From assembly GCA_965205645.1 (NCBI GenBank), contig OZ242172.1, forward strand, positions 463,289-527,288: 64,000 nt of DNA, written 5' to 3'. The notes below the pieces were generated by a model. It worked only from the letters and a program-made list of their open reading frames with translations. It had not been told where the DNA came from and searched no databases. The stretch is from Bdellovibrionales bacterium. Lineage in GTDB: Bacteria > Bdellovibrionota > Bdellovibrionia > Bdellovibrionales > UBA1609. This document shows, piece by piece, positions 31,639-40,393 of the stretch. The translations under genes were made by a program, and so were the position numbers. Within the stretch, counting starts at the first letter, position 1. Every line of letters starts with the position of its first letter.

Positions 31639-31698
31639 GTAAGATAGTTTATAAAAGCATAGAAGCTATAAGTAAATTGGTTTATAAAAGCATGAAGC
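31635..31698 (+). repeat. Imperfect 33-bp tandem duplication between prs and rplY
   Basis: ataagtaa.....gtttataaaagcat(a)gaagc twice. Confidence 0.7.
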
Positions 31699-31716
31699 CA
31701 AAGGAGCGATAAATTT

Positions 31717-32418
31717 ATGTCTGATGTAAAACATCTTGAAGTTCAGGTATATGCTAGAAAGTCTGGTTCAGCAGCAGCGCGACTGTTACGCCGACAAGCG
31801 ATGATTCCTGCTGTTGTGTATGGTCCTGGGCAAAAAACGATTAGTTTATCTTTAAATCTGCGCACAGCAGAGAAATATTCTAAGAAAGAGTATGAAAATA
31901 AAATTTTTACTTTTAAATCTACAGAAAAAGATCTGAATGGATTAAAAGTTCTAAAAAAAGACACTAGTTATCATATGATCACTCGCCAACCTCAGCATAT
32001 TGATTTTTTATCTCTAGATATGAGCAAAAAAGTACGAATATTAGTGGAAGTGTTATTTGCTGGTAAATCCAAAGGGGTCAAAGAGTCCAATGGGGTTTTA
32101 AATGTTCAAACTCGTGGAGTAGAAGTGGAATGTTTGCCGTCGGAAATACCGGAATTTTTTTCTATTGATGTGAGTCAGTTGGATTTAAACCAGAATTTTC
32201 ATGTATCTGATTTGGAGATACCTAAAAATATTAAGTTACTTACAGATAAAAAATCTTCTTTATGTGCTGTTGTGCGATTAGCTGAAGAAGAAGAAAAATC
32301 TGTTACTCAGGCAACAACATCTACTGCTGATGAGACAGCAGCGTCCACAGCAACTGAAAAACAAGAGGATAAAAAGGTAGAATCATCTCCTGCGAAGAGT
32401 AATAAGAAGTCTGAATAG
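31717..32418 (+). CDS. rplY: 50S ribosomal protein L25/Ctc
   Basis: ARLLRR..MIPAVVYG, HIDF, GVK..GVL, VECLP..IPE; position between prs and pth. Confidence 0.95.
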   Translation: MSDVKHLEVQVYARKSGSAAARLLRRQAMIPAVVYGPGQKTISLSLNLRTAEKYSKKEYENKIFTFKSTEKDLNGLKVLKKDTSYHMITRQPQHIDFLSLDMSKKVRILVEVLFAGKSKGVKESNGVLNVQTRGVEVECLPSEIPEFFSIDVSQLDLNQNFHVSDLEIPKNIKLLTDKKSSLCAVVRLAEEEEKSVTQATTSTADETAASTATEKQEDKKVESSPAKSNKKSE

Positions 32419-32481
32419 TGTGGGAATGCCTATCTAGTGATCTGCTTTAAAAAAATTGCCTAGGAGTAAAATAAAACGGTA

Positions 32482-33159
32482 GTGACCACTCTAAAACCTC
32501 AGCAAGTGCAAAAAATAATCATAGTGGGGTTGGGAAACCCGGGGGAAAAATATCATTTTACTCCACATAATATCGGTTGGATGGTGGTGGATACTTTGGC
32601 TGCAGATTGTTCCATTTCAATGCGGCGAAAAAAATCTTTTGTAGCACAAACAGTTTCTTTTGATGGTCAATCTGTTATTTTAATGAAGCCTTTAACTTAT
32701 ATGAATTTATCTGGTCGTGCAGTGAAGGAGGCGATGGAGTATTATCAGTTGAATTTAGATCAACTATTGGTAGTGCATGATGATTTAGATTTACCTTTTT
32801 TGTCTATGAAGTTTCAGAAAAATCGTGGAGCAGCAGGGCATAACGGATTAAAAAATATTAATCAGGAGTTGAATAGTCAGGATTATGTGCGATTGCGTAT
32901 CGGAGTAGCACAAGCCCATTCACAGTCAATGAAAGAGCTAGATGCCGATTCTATTGATGTGCCGAGTTTCAATATAATGTCTTTATTTCTACCACAGGTA
33001 CAGCCACCGAATCCTTCTGTGTTGAAACCTTTTTTAAAAAAAGATCGAAAGCAATTATCACATTTTTTAAGTGATTGTGTGACTGCTATCAAATATTGTG
33101 TATCACAGGGATGGAAAAAAGCGGCTAATCGGTACAATGTTTCTTCGTCTATCTCCTAA
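32482..33159 (+). CDS. pth: Peptidyl-tRNA hydrolase
   Basis: VGLGNPG..Y..T.HNIG, KPLTYMNLSG, VVHDDLD, GHNGLK, RLRIGV. Confidence 0.95.
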   Translation: MTTLKPQQVQKIIIVGLGNPGEKYHFTPHNIGWMVVDTLAADCSISMRRKKSFVAQTVSFDGQSVILMKPLTYMNLSGRAVKEAMEYYQLNLDQLLVVHDDLDLPFLSMKFQKNRGAAGHNGLKNINQELNSQDYVRLRIGVAQAHSQSMKELDADSIDVPSFNIMSLFLPQVQPPNPSVLKPFLKKDRKQLSHFLSDCVTAIKYCVSQGWKKAANRYNVSSSIS

Positions 33160-33205
33160 TAGATTGAGACCTATTAGGTAGGATAGTCTTGTTTGTTAAT
33201 GATTG

Positions 33206-34333
33206 CTATTCAGAAATCGGAGCGTTAGTTTGTGGAATAGTTTCTATAAAGCTATCATATTTACAACCTAGTTCTTTGTATTTTTCGTCTACTTGATTCC
33301 ACACTAAATCAGAATCAATGTTACAATACGCTAGACGAATGCATGCACTGTTGTTATTACAAGCTTCAGCTAACACTTGATGCGCAATCTCAAAGGCAGA
33401 TCTATTTTCAATTTCTACAGCTAGATTAGTGAAAGTACGTACTGGATCTACGCCGAAACATTTTTTTATAAAAGAAAAGAAAATAGGGAAATCGAATGAT
33501 ATGACGGATCCATCAATAATCTTTTTGCTTTTCATGGTTGAATCATGCGCTGTTGTTTTAGAAGGATGATCTGTAGAGGGAGATCTCACTGTTGCGGTTG
33601 AGGTTTGAGTATCACCGGGGTCTACACTAGGTTCTTTAGAATCTGCTGTCTTAACATTTTTTTGAGAGTTGTCTTGGGTAGTTTCTGCTGTATTTTCTGT
33701 CTGTTCTATTTTTGTGGTATGTTCTGCAACTTTATTGCTATTTTCATCAGATGTTTTTTCTGTATTCACTGAGTCTGTTGTTTCTGTTTCTTGTTGTTTC
33801 ATGTTTGTTGGGTGTAGGATATACAAGGAAGCATGAGGAGAATGGCGAACGGCTAAATTCCCTGAGATAGGGCAGATAGCTGAAGTCCCTATACGAAATA
33901 GTGACTTCATGACTCGTCCGTCTTTATCCATAGCTTTTATAAAGTTAGCTACATCTTTGTTAGTGGCGATAAATGTTAAATCGCTGTGTGCTTGTTCCCA
34001 ACTTTTGTACTCGCTAATTTTAGTGATCCAGAAATCAATGACTTGGCTAACAGAAAGTTGTTTACATGTGGAGTGATCAAAATTGTCATGGTTAAAGTGA
34101 TCACAAATATGTAAGCAGCCTTCTTGTCCTCGACAAATTAGGTGTATTTTTTTGTGTCGATGTACATTTTTACGTATAAGGATGAACGTATTATCCACAT
34201 TTACTTCCGTTTGGCGATTATCTAGCTTATCTATTGCAATGTCCGGGCTTCTCATATGGTGTGTTGATCTTCTTCCTCTGCAAGATACTGCAGATAGACT
34301 GAGTAATACACATAGTAAAATAAAAGTCCGCAT
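33206..34333 (-). CDS. Hypothetical lipoprotein with Cys-rich domains and a Thr/Ser/Glu-rich central linker
   Basis: Lipobox AVSC; low-complexity segment of about 100 aa. Confidence 0.7.
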   Translation of the reverse strand: MRTFILLCVLLSLSAVSCRGRRSTHHMRSPDIAIDKLDNRQTEVNVDNTFILIRKNVHRHKKIHLICRGQEGCLHICDHFNHDNFDHSTCKQLSVSQVIDFWITKISEYKSWEQAHSDLTFIATNKDVANFIKAMDKDGRVMKSLFRIGTSAICPISGNLAVRHSPHASLYILHPTNMKQQETETTDSVNTEKTSDENSNKVAEHTTKIEQTENTAETTQDNSQKNVKTADSKEPSVDPGDTQTSTATVRSPSTDHPSKTTAHDSTMKSKKIIDGSVISFDFPIFFSFIKKCFGVDPVRTFTNLAVEIENRSAFEIAHQVLAEACNNNSACIRLAYCNIDSDLVWNQVDEKYKELGCKYDSFIETIPQTNAPISE

Positions 34334-34554
34334 TGTTCCTCCCCATTGCAGCTGTCTTAATAAAGATAATAGCTGCTAAAACTTATTATTTATTATCGTC
34401 AATAAGCAGCATTTAATTTAATTTTTCTGTCTCAGTTTCAATTTTGCAATATGTCAATAATATAAACAGGAGATTACATTGTTATCTTATTGATTTTATT
34501 GTTATTATTTTTATGGAGTTATTTTTATTTAGAAACAAACAGGAGGTGATTGTT

Positions 34555-34995
34555 ATGTTTGGTCAAGCGAAGAGATGTTTGTTTGCTTTAAATACGCAAT
34601 ACCAAGAGTTGGGTGAGTTGGTTTTTCGGCTGGTTTTAGGTGTATGGATATTGACTCATGGCTGGGGTAAAATAAGTTCCTTTTCAGAAAAAATGGATTT
34701 TTTTCCAGATCCTTTAGGTATTGGTTCGACTTTAAGTCTTGGTTTAGCTACTTTTGCAGAATTTTTTTGTGGGATTTTACTTATTCTAGGATGTTTTACT
34801 CGGTTTGCTGCTTTTAATTTATTGGTAACTATGTTGGTTGCTGGCTTTATTTTTCATGCAGCGGATCCATTTCCTAAAAAAGAGTTAGCTTTATTGTATG
34901 CAGTTGGTTTTTTCTATTTTTTGATGGCAGGAGGCAATCGTTTCAGTTTGGATCAGTGGATCCGTGGGCGTATATCACTGCGTTGGAGAGGCTAG
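34555..34995 (+). CDS. DoxX family membrane protein
   Basis: RLVLG..ILTHGWGK, AEFFCG..L.LG.FTR, GGNRFSLD; SD aggaggtg before ATG 34555. Confidence 0.9.
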   Translation: MFGQAKRCLFALNTQYQELGELVFRLVLGVWILTHGWGKISSFSEKMDFFPDPLGIGSTLSLGLATFAEFFCGILLILGCFTRFAAFNLLVTMLVAGFIFHAADPFPKKELALLYAVGFFYFLMAGGNRFSLDQWIRGRISLRWRG

Positions 34996-35012
34996 CTATA
35001 TAGCTTGTTTTA

Positions 35013-35753
35013 TTAGGTAATTTGTCGGTTAGGAGTTTGAATTATTTTTCTTTCTGGCAGCCATAGTCCTGTTAGTGGGCCTCCGTATATGCATCCGGTA
35101 TCTAAGCCAATTGAATTTTTCTTTATTTTTAGTCCTTGTCTTGCCCAATGTGCATACACAACTAATTTGGAATCAGTATATAGGTCATGCCAGGCTACGC
35201 AGTTTGCAAAGGTATTGTGCTGAGAATCTTTTGTATTGACGTTGGTTTTTTGTTTGGTTTTTGAAGACGAGTGATGGTTTTTTATTATTGGATCAATATT
35301 TTGCATATTATTGGTTTTTACATTCCAGTAGCGGAGATTCACTAATATTTCTACTTTAGATTGTCGTGGATGTTCTCCAGGAATTAAACCTCCATGTACG
35401 GCTAAAAAATTTTTCTCTTCAATATAAGTTGGCCAGCTTTTTATCCAATTCAGCCAACTGGGTAAACTGGTACCCATTTGTTGTTTTAATTTTTCCAATA
35501 CAGGAGGCAAAGGTGTATTAGTTTCCACTCCTCGGATAAATTTTAACTCATGGTTACCTAAGATAACATCCACTTGCTGTTCTCTTACCCAGGAGAGTAT
35601 CTGAAAGGAATGAGGACCTTTATTAATTAAATCACCTAGTAAAATGAGACGATGAAAAGATGAATTATATTTAGCAAGTTTTAATAATAGCAATAGCTGA
35701 TCTAAACAGCCATGCACATCACCAATAATAAAAGTATTTCGGCTGTCTGCCAT
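35013..35753 (-). CDS. Metallophosphoesterase (ApaH/PPP-like)
   Basis: IGDVHGC, LGDLINKGP, LGNHE, VHGG, HW, LDTGC. Confidence 0.92.
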   Translation of the reverse strand: MADSRNTFIIGDVHGCLDQLLLLLKLAKYNSSFHRLILLGDLINKGPHSFQILSWVREQQVDVILGNHELKFIRGVETNTPLPPVLEKLKQQMGTSLPSWLNWIKSWPTYIEEKNFLAVHGGLIPGEHPRQSKVEILVNLRYWNVKTNNMQNIDPIIKNHHSSSKTKQKTNVNTKDSQHNTFANCVAWHDLYTDSKLVVYAHWARQGLKIKKNSIGLDTGCIYGGPLTGLWLPERKIIQTPNRQIT

Positions 35754-35848
35754 ATTTTATTTTACCCTAACATGGTATTAATAAATTACGCAAATTTCCT
35801 ACCTTGCCTGTTTTGCTAAGAAGCTGCTATATAGGAATCACGTTTTGT

Positions 35849-35939
35849 GGAGGGGTGGCCGAGCGGCTGAAGGCGCACGCTTGGAAAGCGTGTAAGTGCC
35901 ATAAACACTTCGAGGGTTCGAATCCCTCTCCCTCCGCCA
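35849..35939 (+). tRNA. tRNA-Ser (GGA)
   Basis: Cloverleaf with long variable arm; anticodon arm cacgc-tt-GGA-aa-gcgtg; ggttcgaatcc; 3' GCCA. Confidence 0.97.
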
Positions 35940-36080
35940 CTAATTTGTTAAAGCCTTTGAAACTAAAGCATTTTTTATTTTGATTTTTCTTTTGTAATGA
36001 TTCTTGAAACTATCCAGTTGCGGATTGTCTAAAACACTGGGCTTTAGGGTCACTTATGATAGTGAAAGGATTTTTAATTC

Positions 36081-36218
36081 TTATCTAAGTGTACTTAATT
36101 TTACCCAATTGTTCTTATGATCTTTGACAGACCAAAAATTCCAACCATTAGAGGTTTTTTTTAAAGCGGCGCAGGAAGCACCGGATGGGCTAATAGATGT
36201 TCTCAATGTACGACATTT
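36081..36218 (-). pseudogene. Remnant resembling a RAMA/DUF4357-type domain C-terminus
   Basis: Hand translation ...ISPSGASCAALKKTSNGWNFWSVKDHKNNWVKLSTLR*; upstream in-frame stop. Confidence 0.45.
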
Positions 36219-36253
36219 TTATTCCTCATAATATTTAATTTTAATGCATTTTT

Positions 36254-36886
36254 TTATTTGATCTCTTTTTGTTTTCTGATTTGTGATCTGAAAAAATTTT
36301 CAACAAAGTGTCTTTTTTGTTCGTTAATTTTTACCCCTGTAGTTTTTATTTTATCAAGAGCTGCTTGCGGGGATTTGAAATATATTTCTATTCTCTTTAA
36401 GGCGTCTTTGCCACTAGTTTTATTGTTTTCAATTCGGTAAATGGTTGCAGAAGACACATCAAATAAATTAGCAAATTCCCTGATTGAAAGTTTTAGATTT
36501 TTTCGTAATTGCTTTAATTGTTCACTTGAGAAAATTTGATCTGCAATGACTGGTACACAGATAAAAGAAGAAGGACCTTTTTGTCCTAAGGTGGCAAGTA
36601 ACACAAAGGGATTTGTTTCATTAGGATCAATATTAACAGATCGGCAATATTCTTTGTAAGCTGGATTCTTCTTTGAAGGTATCCGATCTACAAAAGAAGG
36701 AAATAGTTTTAATGAAATATGTTTTTGCTGATTAACGGGAAGATCTGGACCCAATGGTATGGGATGATTATTATATAAATAGGGCATATCGTATTGAAAA
36801 ATAAATTTTCTTTTTTCTTTACATAGTCGCCCGACATATTGCCTTGTTTTCCATTTTTCCAGATAGACATCTATTGCCTTATACAT
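36254..36886 (-). CDS. HipA N-terminal (HipS-like) domain fused to a C-terminal XRE HTH
   Basis: VGRL...FIFQYD..YL...PL..DLP...LFPSF.DRIP; LKQLRKNLKLSIREFANLFDVSSATIYRIENN. Confidence 0.8.
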   Translation of the reverse strand: MYKAIDVYLEKWKTRQYVGRLCKEKRKFIFQYDMPYLYNNHPIPLGPDLPVNQQKHISLKLFPSFVDRIPSKKNPAYKEYCRSVNIDPNETNPFVLLATLGQKGPSSFICVPVIADQIFSSEQLKQLRKNLKLSIREFANLFDVSSATIYRIENNKTSGKDALKRIEIYFKSPQAALDKIKTTGVKINEQKRHFVENFFRSQIRKQKEIK

Positions 36887-37880
36887 CTTTAAAATCCTCT
36901 TTAATTAATTTTTTACAATCTTGTAAACGATTTTTTAACAAATTTGTAAAAGCTTGTTTTCTCCTTTTTGAGATTGCAGATTTTTTTATTTCCTCTACGA
37001 ATATAGGAAATTGGCAGATCACCTTCGTAATAAATTTTAAACATGGTTTTTTAAATTTTAGTTTTTTAAATTCCTTTATATAATCCAATAGTTTTGGTTC
37101 TTTTGAATTAGAAGTTTGAATTTTTCCACTAATATTAAAGTGAGCTAATAAAAATTTGTCGTCTTTTTGTATGCCAAGAAAAGAAGGGTTATCGTACATA
37201 GGAGCTAATCTTTTGCTTTTACCAGTGTCTATGATTCCTAAATTTCTCCCATGTCGGTCATGGTTTCCAATAAGAGCATCAAAAAGGCATATTTCAATAA
37301 ACTTTTCCACATCAGTTAATTTTCCAGTTTGTTCCTTTATTACTTTTACTATGTTTTTACAGTTATAATTTTTTTCACCCTTAGGTAAATATTTATAGAT
37401 GTGGTTTAAAGTTCCAATATAATCCTGTGCAAAATTCCTTGTTACAAATGTTATTAACCTTGATTTATTATTTCTTTTATGAACTAATTGAGTTTGGCCC
37501 TGACTGTGTGTAATGTCTTGTTTATTTTCTTCTTGATATTTTATTAAATAATATTTTGGTACATTCAAATTGAGAATAGAAGCTATTTTATTACAAATAT
37601 ATTCTGTAGCTGGTAAATCAGGGTATTCTGGTTCCTGAACCTTTAGAATGTAATATGTGAGGCCTAGCTTTGCTGAATATTTGCGATACCGACCATGATA
37701 AAAACTATCTGTTGTTTTTTCTATATTTAAATGATTAGCAGAGGAATTAGTAGATTTCTTTGGATCTAGATTACTGAATTCTAATAAGTTAGTTAATTCA
37801 AACCATTCAAGGAAACAGTTTATATGTAGCCCATAACGACTCTCTGTTTTTATGATTTTTTGACATTTAAGGCATTTCAT
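36879..37880 (-). CDS. HipA-family kinase core (HipT-like)
   Basis: MKCLKC...HINC N-terminus, YILK, E in ATEY, FDALIGNHDRHGRN, LAPMYD. Confidence 0.88.
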   Translation of the reverse strand: MKCLKCQKIIKTESRYGLHINCFLEWFELTNLLEFSNLDPKKSTNSSANHLNIEKTTDSFYHGRYRKYSAKLGLTYYILKVQEPEYPDLPATEYICNKIASILNLNVPKYYLIKYQEENKQDITHSQGQTQLVHKRNNKSRLITFVTRNFAQDYIGTLNHIYKYLPKGEKNYNCKNIVKVIKEQTGKLTDVEKFIEICLFDALIGNHDRHGRNLGIIDTGKSKRLAPMYDNPSFLGIQKDDKFLLAHFNISGKIQTSNSKEPKLLDYIKEFKKLKFKKPCLKFITKVICQFPIFVEEIKKSAISKRRKQAFTNLLKNRLQDCKKLIKEDFKDV

Positions 37881-38163
37881 TATGTAGTCAATATACTACA
37901 AAATATATATATAGTTAATATACTACAATTATAGTCAAAAAAACCATTAAAATAGCTTTATTTCGTTATTGATAGCAGTTTGTTATTAATTTTATTGGAA
38001 CCTTCTAGTTTTATTCTGTTTTAGAGGATGACTTTCATCAATCCCTCTCCCTCCGTATTAATTATTTCATTCCTACAAAGGGGCTAATATGGCGTACCAA
38101 TTGTAAGTATTCAACTGGATAAAGTTTTTAAAAAAATATATACTTTAAAAAGAGGGGGATTGT

Positions 38164-38331
38164 ATGGATGAAAAAAAAGGAAGAGAAAAGAATAAAAAAG
38201 AACCTATTGATAAATCCCAGGAACACCTTGATTATGCATATATTGAAGAACTAAGAAGGCAAGCTTGGGCTGATCCAGAAGTGAAAAAAAATTGGGCAGA
38301 ATTTGACAGAAAACAAAAAGAAAATCAGTAA
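38164..38331 (+). CDS. Small charged hypothetical protein (55 aa, not in ORF track)
   Basis: SD gaggggg; MDEKKGREKN...EELRRQAWADPEVKKNWAEFDRKQKENQ. Confidence 0.5.
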   Translation: MDEKKGREKNKKEPIDKSQEHLDYAYIEELRRQAWADPEVKKNWAEFDRKQKENQ

Positions 38332-38380
38332 GTATTCATTTATCTAAAAATATTTTCTTAATAATGTGAATTGACTATCA

Positions 38381-39304
38381 ATGACTAATAATATTTCTAT
38401 AGTTTGGGATTTTGATAAAACTCTCACTTCCCACGACTCTACTACTGAATTAATCCGTTTTTTTATAGGAAATACAACTCAGCAATTTTGGGAAGGGATT
38501 AAGAAAACGTCAGGAGTGGATAGTGATGATCCAGTAGATTCTATCTCAACCAGTGAAGCTCCTGTTTGGATGTACCTGTTATCAGAAATGGCTGTACATC
38601 CTAAGACAAACAATAAAATAGCATTAGATGAATCACAAATTGGACAACTGATTGCTCACAAAATAAAATTTTATCCTAATGTTTTAGATTTTCTCACCAG
38701 AATAAAACTTTTACCTTCTGAAGAACTTTATAAAAAAAACAATATTGAAATACATCACTTTATTATAACAGCAGGATTACAGGATTTAGTATCCTCTGTC
38801 TTTAAGCTTCATCAATCAGATGATTTAATCAGTAAAATTTTCGGTTGCAGATATAAAACAATTAAAAATTTAAATGCTCAGCGAGTTGAAAAAAATATCC
38901 CTATTTACTGTATGGATAAAACAGCAAAGACAAGAGCTTTGTTTGAAATTTGCAAAGGTTGTTTTTTACCGACTGCCCAATATAGGGTGGATGACTTAGT
39001 TGCTAAAAAAGATGAGTGGTGTTCATTTGAAAATATGATCTATATTGGAGATGGAGATACTGATATTCCTGCTTTTTCTCTTGTAAAATCAAGAAAAGGG
39101 ATGACTGTAGGTGTATATAATCCTTCTGAATCTAGAAATAATATAGCAGATAAAGCTAAAAATATGAAAAAAGGAAAAAGAATTGATTTATTTACACCCG
39201 CAGATTTTAAATATAATGGAGAGCTATTTCATTTTATAAAAGTTAGATGTGAGCAAATAGCCAAAAGATATGAAGCTCATAAAATTATAAATATTGTAAA
39301 CTAA
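38381..39304 (+). CDS. HAD-superfamily hydrolase
   Basis: WDFDKTL (DxD), ITAG, K..ALF, YIGDGDTDIP. Confidence 0.9.
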   Translation: MTNNISIVWDFDKTLTSHDSTTELIRFFIGNTTQQFWEGIKKTSGVDSDDPVDSISTSEAPVWMYLLSEMAVHPKTNNKIALDESQIGQLIAHKIKFYPNVLDFLTRIKLLPSEELYKKNNIEIHHFIITAGLQDLVSSVFKLHQSDDLISKIFGCRYKTIKNLNAQRVEKNIPIYCMDKTAKTRALFEICKGCFLPTAQYRVDDLVAKKDEWCSFENMIYIGDGDTDIPAFSLVKSRKGMTVGVYNPSESRNNIADKAKNMKKGKRIDLFTPADFKYNGELFHFIKVRCEQIAKRYEAHKIINIVN

Positions 39305-39311
39305 ATATTAG

Positions 39312-39716
39312 TTATTCTTTGTTTGAAGAAGATAAACAGGAAGAAACAGCTGCTTTGATATTATCCGCTAATTGATCTAATTTAGAATCAATATTTTCCA
39401 TCCTCTCTAGTGCAGCATAGATATCACTTATAGTCTTCTCTATCTGTTGTGGTGTCATTTGTTCATTAGATAGTGTTGTTATCGCTCGATTTAGTGAAAC
39501 TTGCATGAGTGAACGATATAATTCGTTTAGCTCCATCTGAGATTGGATGGCTGCTAGTAGATTGGCACAATTCACCTCGGAAGGTGATGACAGATCACTT
39601 TCATGGTTTTGAGATGAAAATGGATCAATAGATGGTGATTCCTGAGCGGTAGCACTTCCTATTGTCATCCATGCTATCATTATATAGCAAAAGGTAAAGA
39701 TTCGCATATTTTTCAT
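39312..39716 (-). CDS. Hypothetical secreted helical protein
   Basis: Signal-peptide-like MKNMRIF...SATA; ORF track extends to 39830. Confidence 0.55.
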   Translation of the reverse strand: MKNMRIFTFCYIMIAWMTIGSATAQESPSIDPFSSQNHESDLSSPSEVNCANLLAAIQSQMELNELYRSLMQVSLNRAITTLSNEQMTPQQIEKTISDIYAALERMENIDSKLDQLADNIKAAVSSCLSSSNKE

Positions 39717-39986
39717 TGTGTAGAAAATATAATAGGTTTTATTGGAAAAGAAAATAAAACTCGTACAGTAGGTATATTTTACATGCCTGCGTCTAAATAA
39801 TAGCCACTTACTGATAGAGATGGACAACATAATTGTAGTTTTAAGGGAGCTTTAATGTTATATTGTGTGAGATATTCAGCCTCGTCTTTCGGACAGGGGT
39901 AAGATAGTTTTATAGGTGAAATATAGGAGCATACACCTAGCTGTCCGAATTTAGTGTATGTAAGAATAGTAAGAGCATGCGTGAGC

Positions 39987-40016
39987 TTGACAGAATAATT
40001 GGCCCGCCGCTAAAAT
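39987..40016 (+). promoter_or_regulatory. Sigma70-like promoter
   Basis: TTGACA-N18-TAAAAT just upstream of ATG 40028. Confidence 0.6.
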
Positions 40017-40027
40017 GTTAATGGAAA

Positions 40028-40363
40028 ATGCGAAAAATATTATTTGTTTTATTTTTTTTCTATCTTTGTTTATTTGTTTCTTGCGGCCCTTATAAGACGA
40101 TTCGTATTAACACGCTTAAAGGGTTGGAAGTAGATATTCCCTCTTCATGTGCTTCATGGTCGGATGGGTGTCGCCTCTATTGTCGGACTGGTCCGGTAGA
40201 ATACGTGGATATATCAATTGGTCGGCGCTGTATACAAGCTAATATTATTTATCCAAAGTGTGTAGATAATAACCCAATTGCTGTTCGGGAATGCGAAAAA
40301 ATAAGACAATCTAAGCCCTCTAAAGATGATTATCTTGATATCGACAGCAGTGCTGGAATATAG
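40028..40363 (+). CDS. Small Cys-rich lipoprotein
   Basis: Lipobox FVSC; C..W.DGC..C motif. Confidence 0.65.
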   Translation: MRKILFVLFFFYLCLFVSCGPYKTIRINTLKGLEVDIPSSCASWSDGCRLYCRTGPVEYVDISIGRRCIQANIIYPKCVDNNPIAVRECEKIRQSKPSKDDYLDIDSSAGI

Positions 40364-40393
40364 ATAGTAGCTGCGACATTCTGAGGTTAACTA

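Larger units (their letters stand above)
35921..38055. mobile_element. tRNA-Ser-integrated islet bounded by a 16-bp direct repeat (35921-35936 and 38040-38055)
   Basis: aatccctctccctccg occurs in the tRNA 3' end and again 2.1 kb downstream. Confidence 0.75.
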
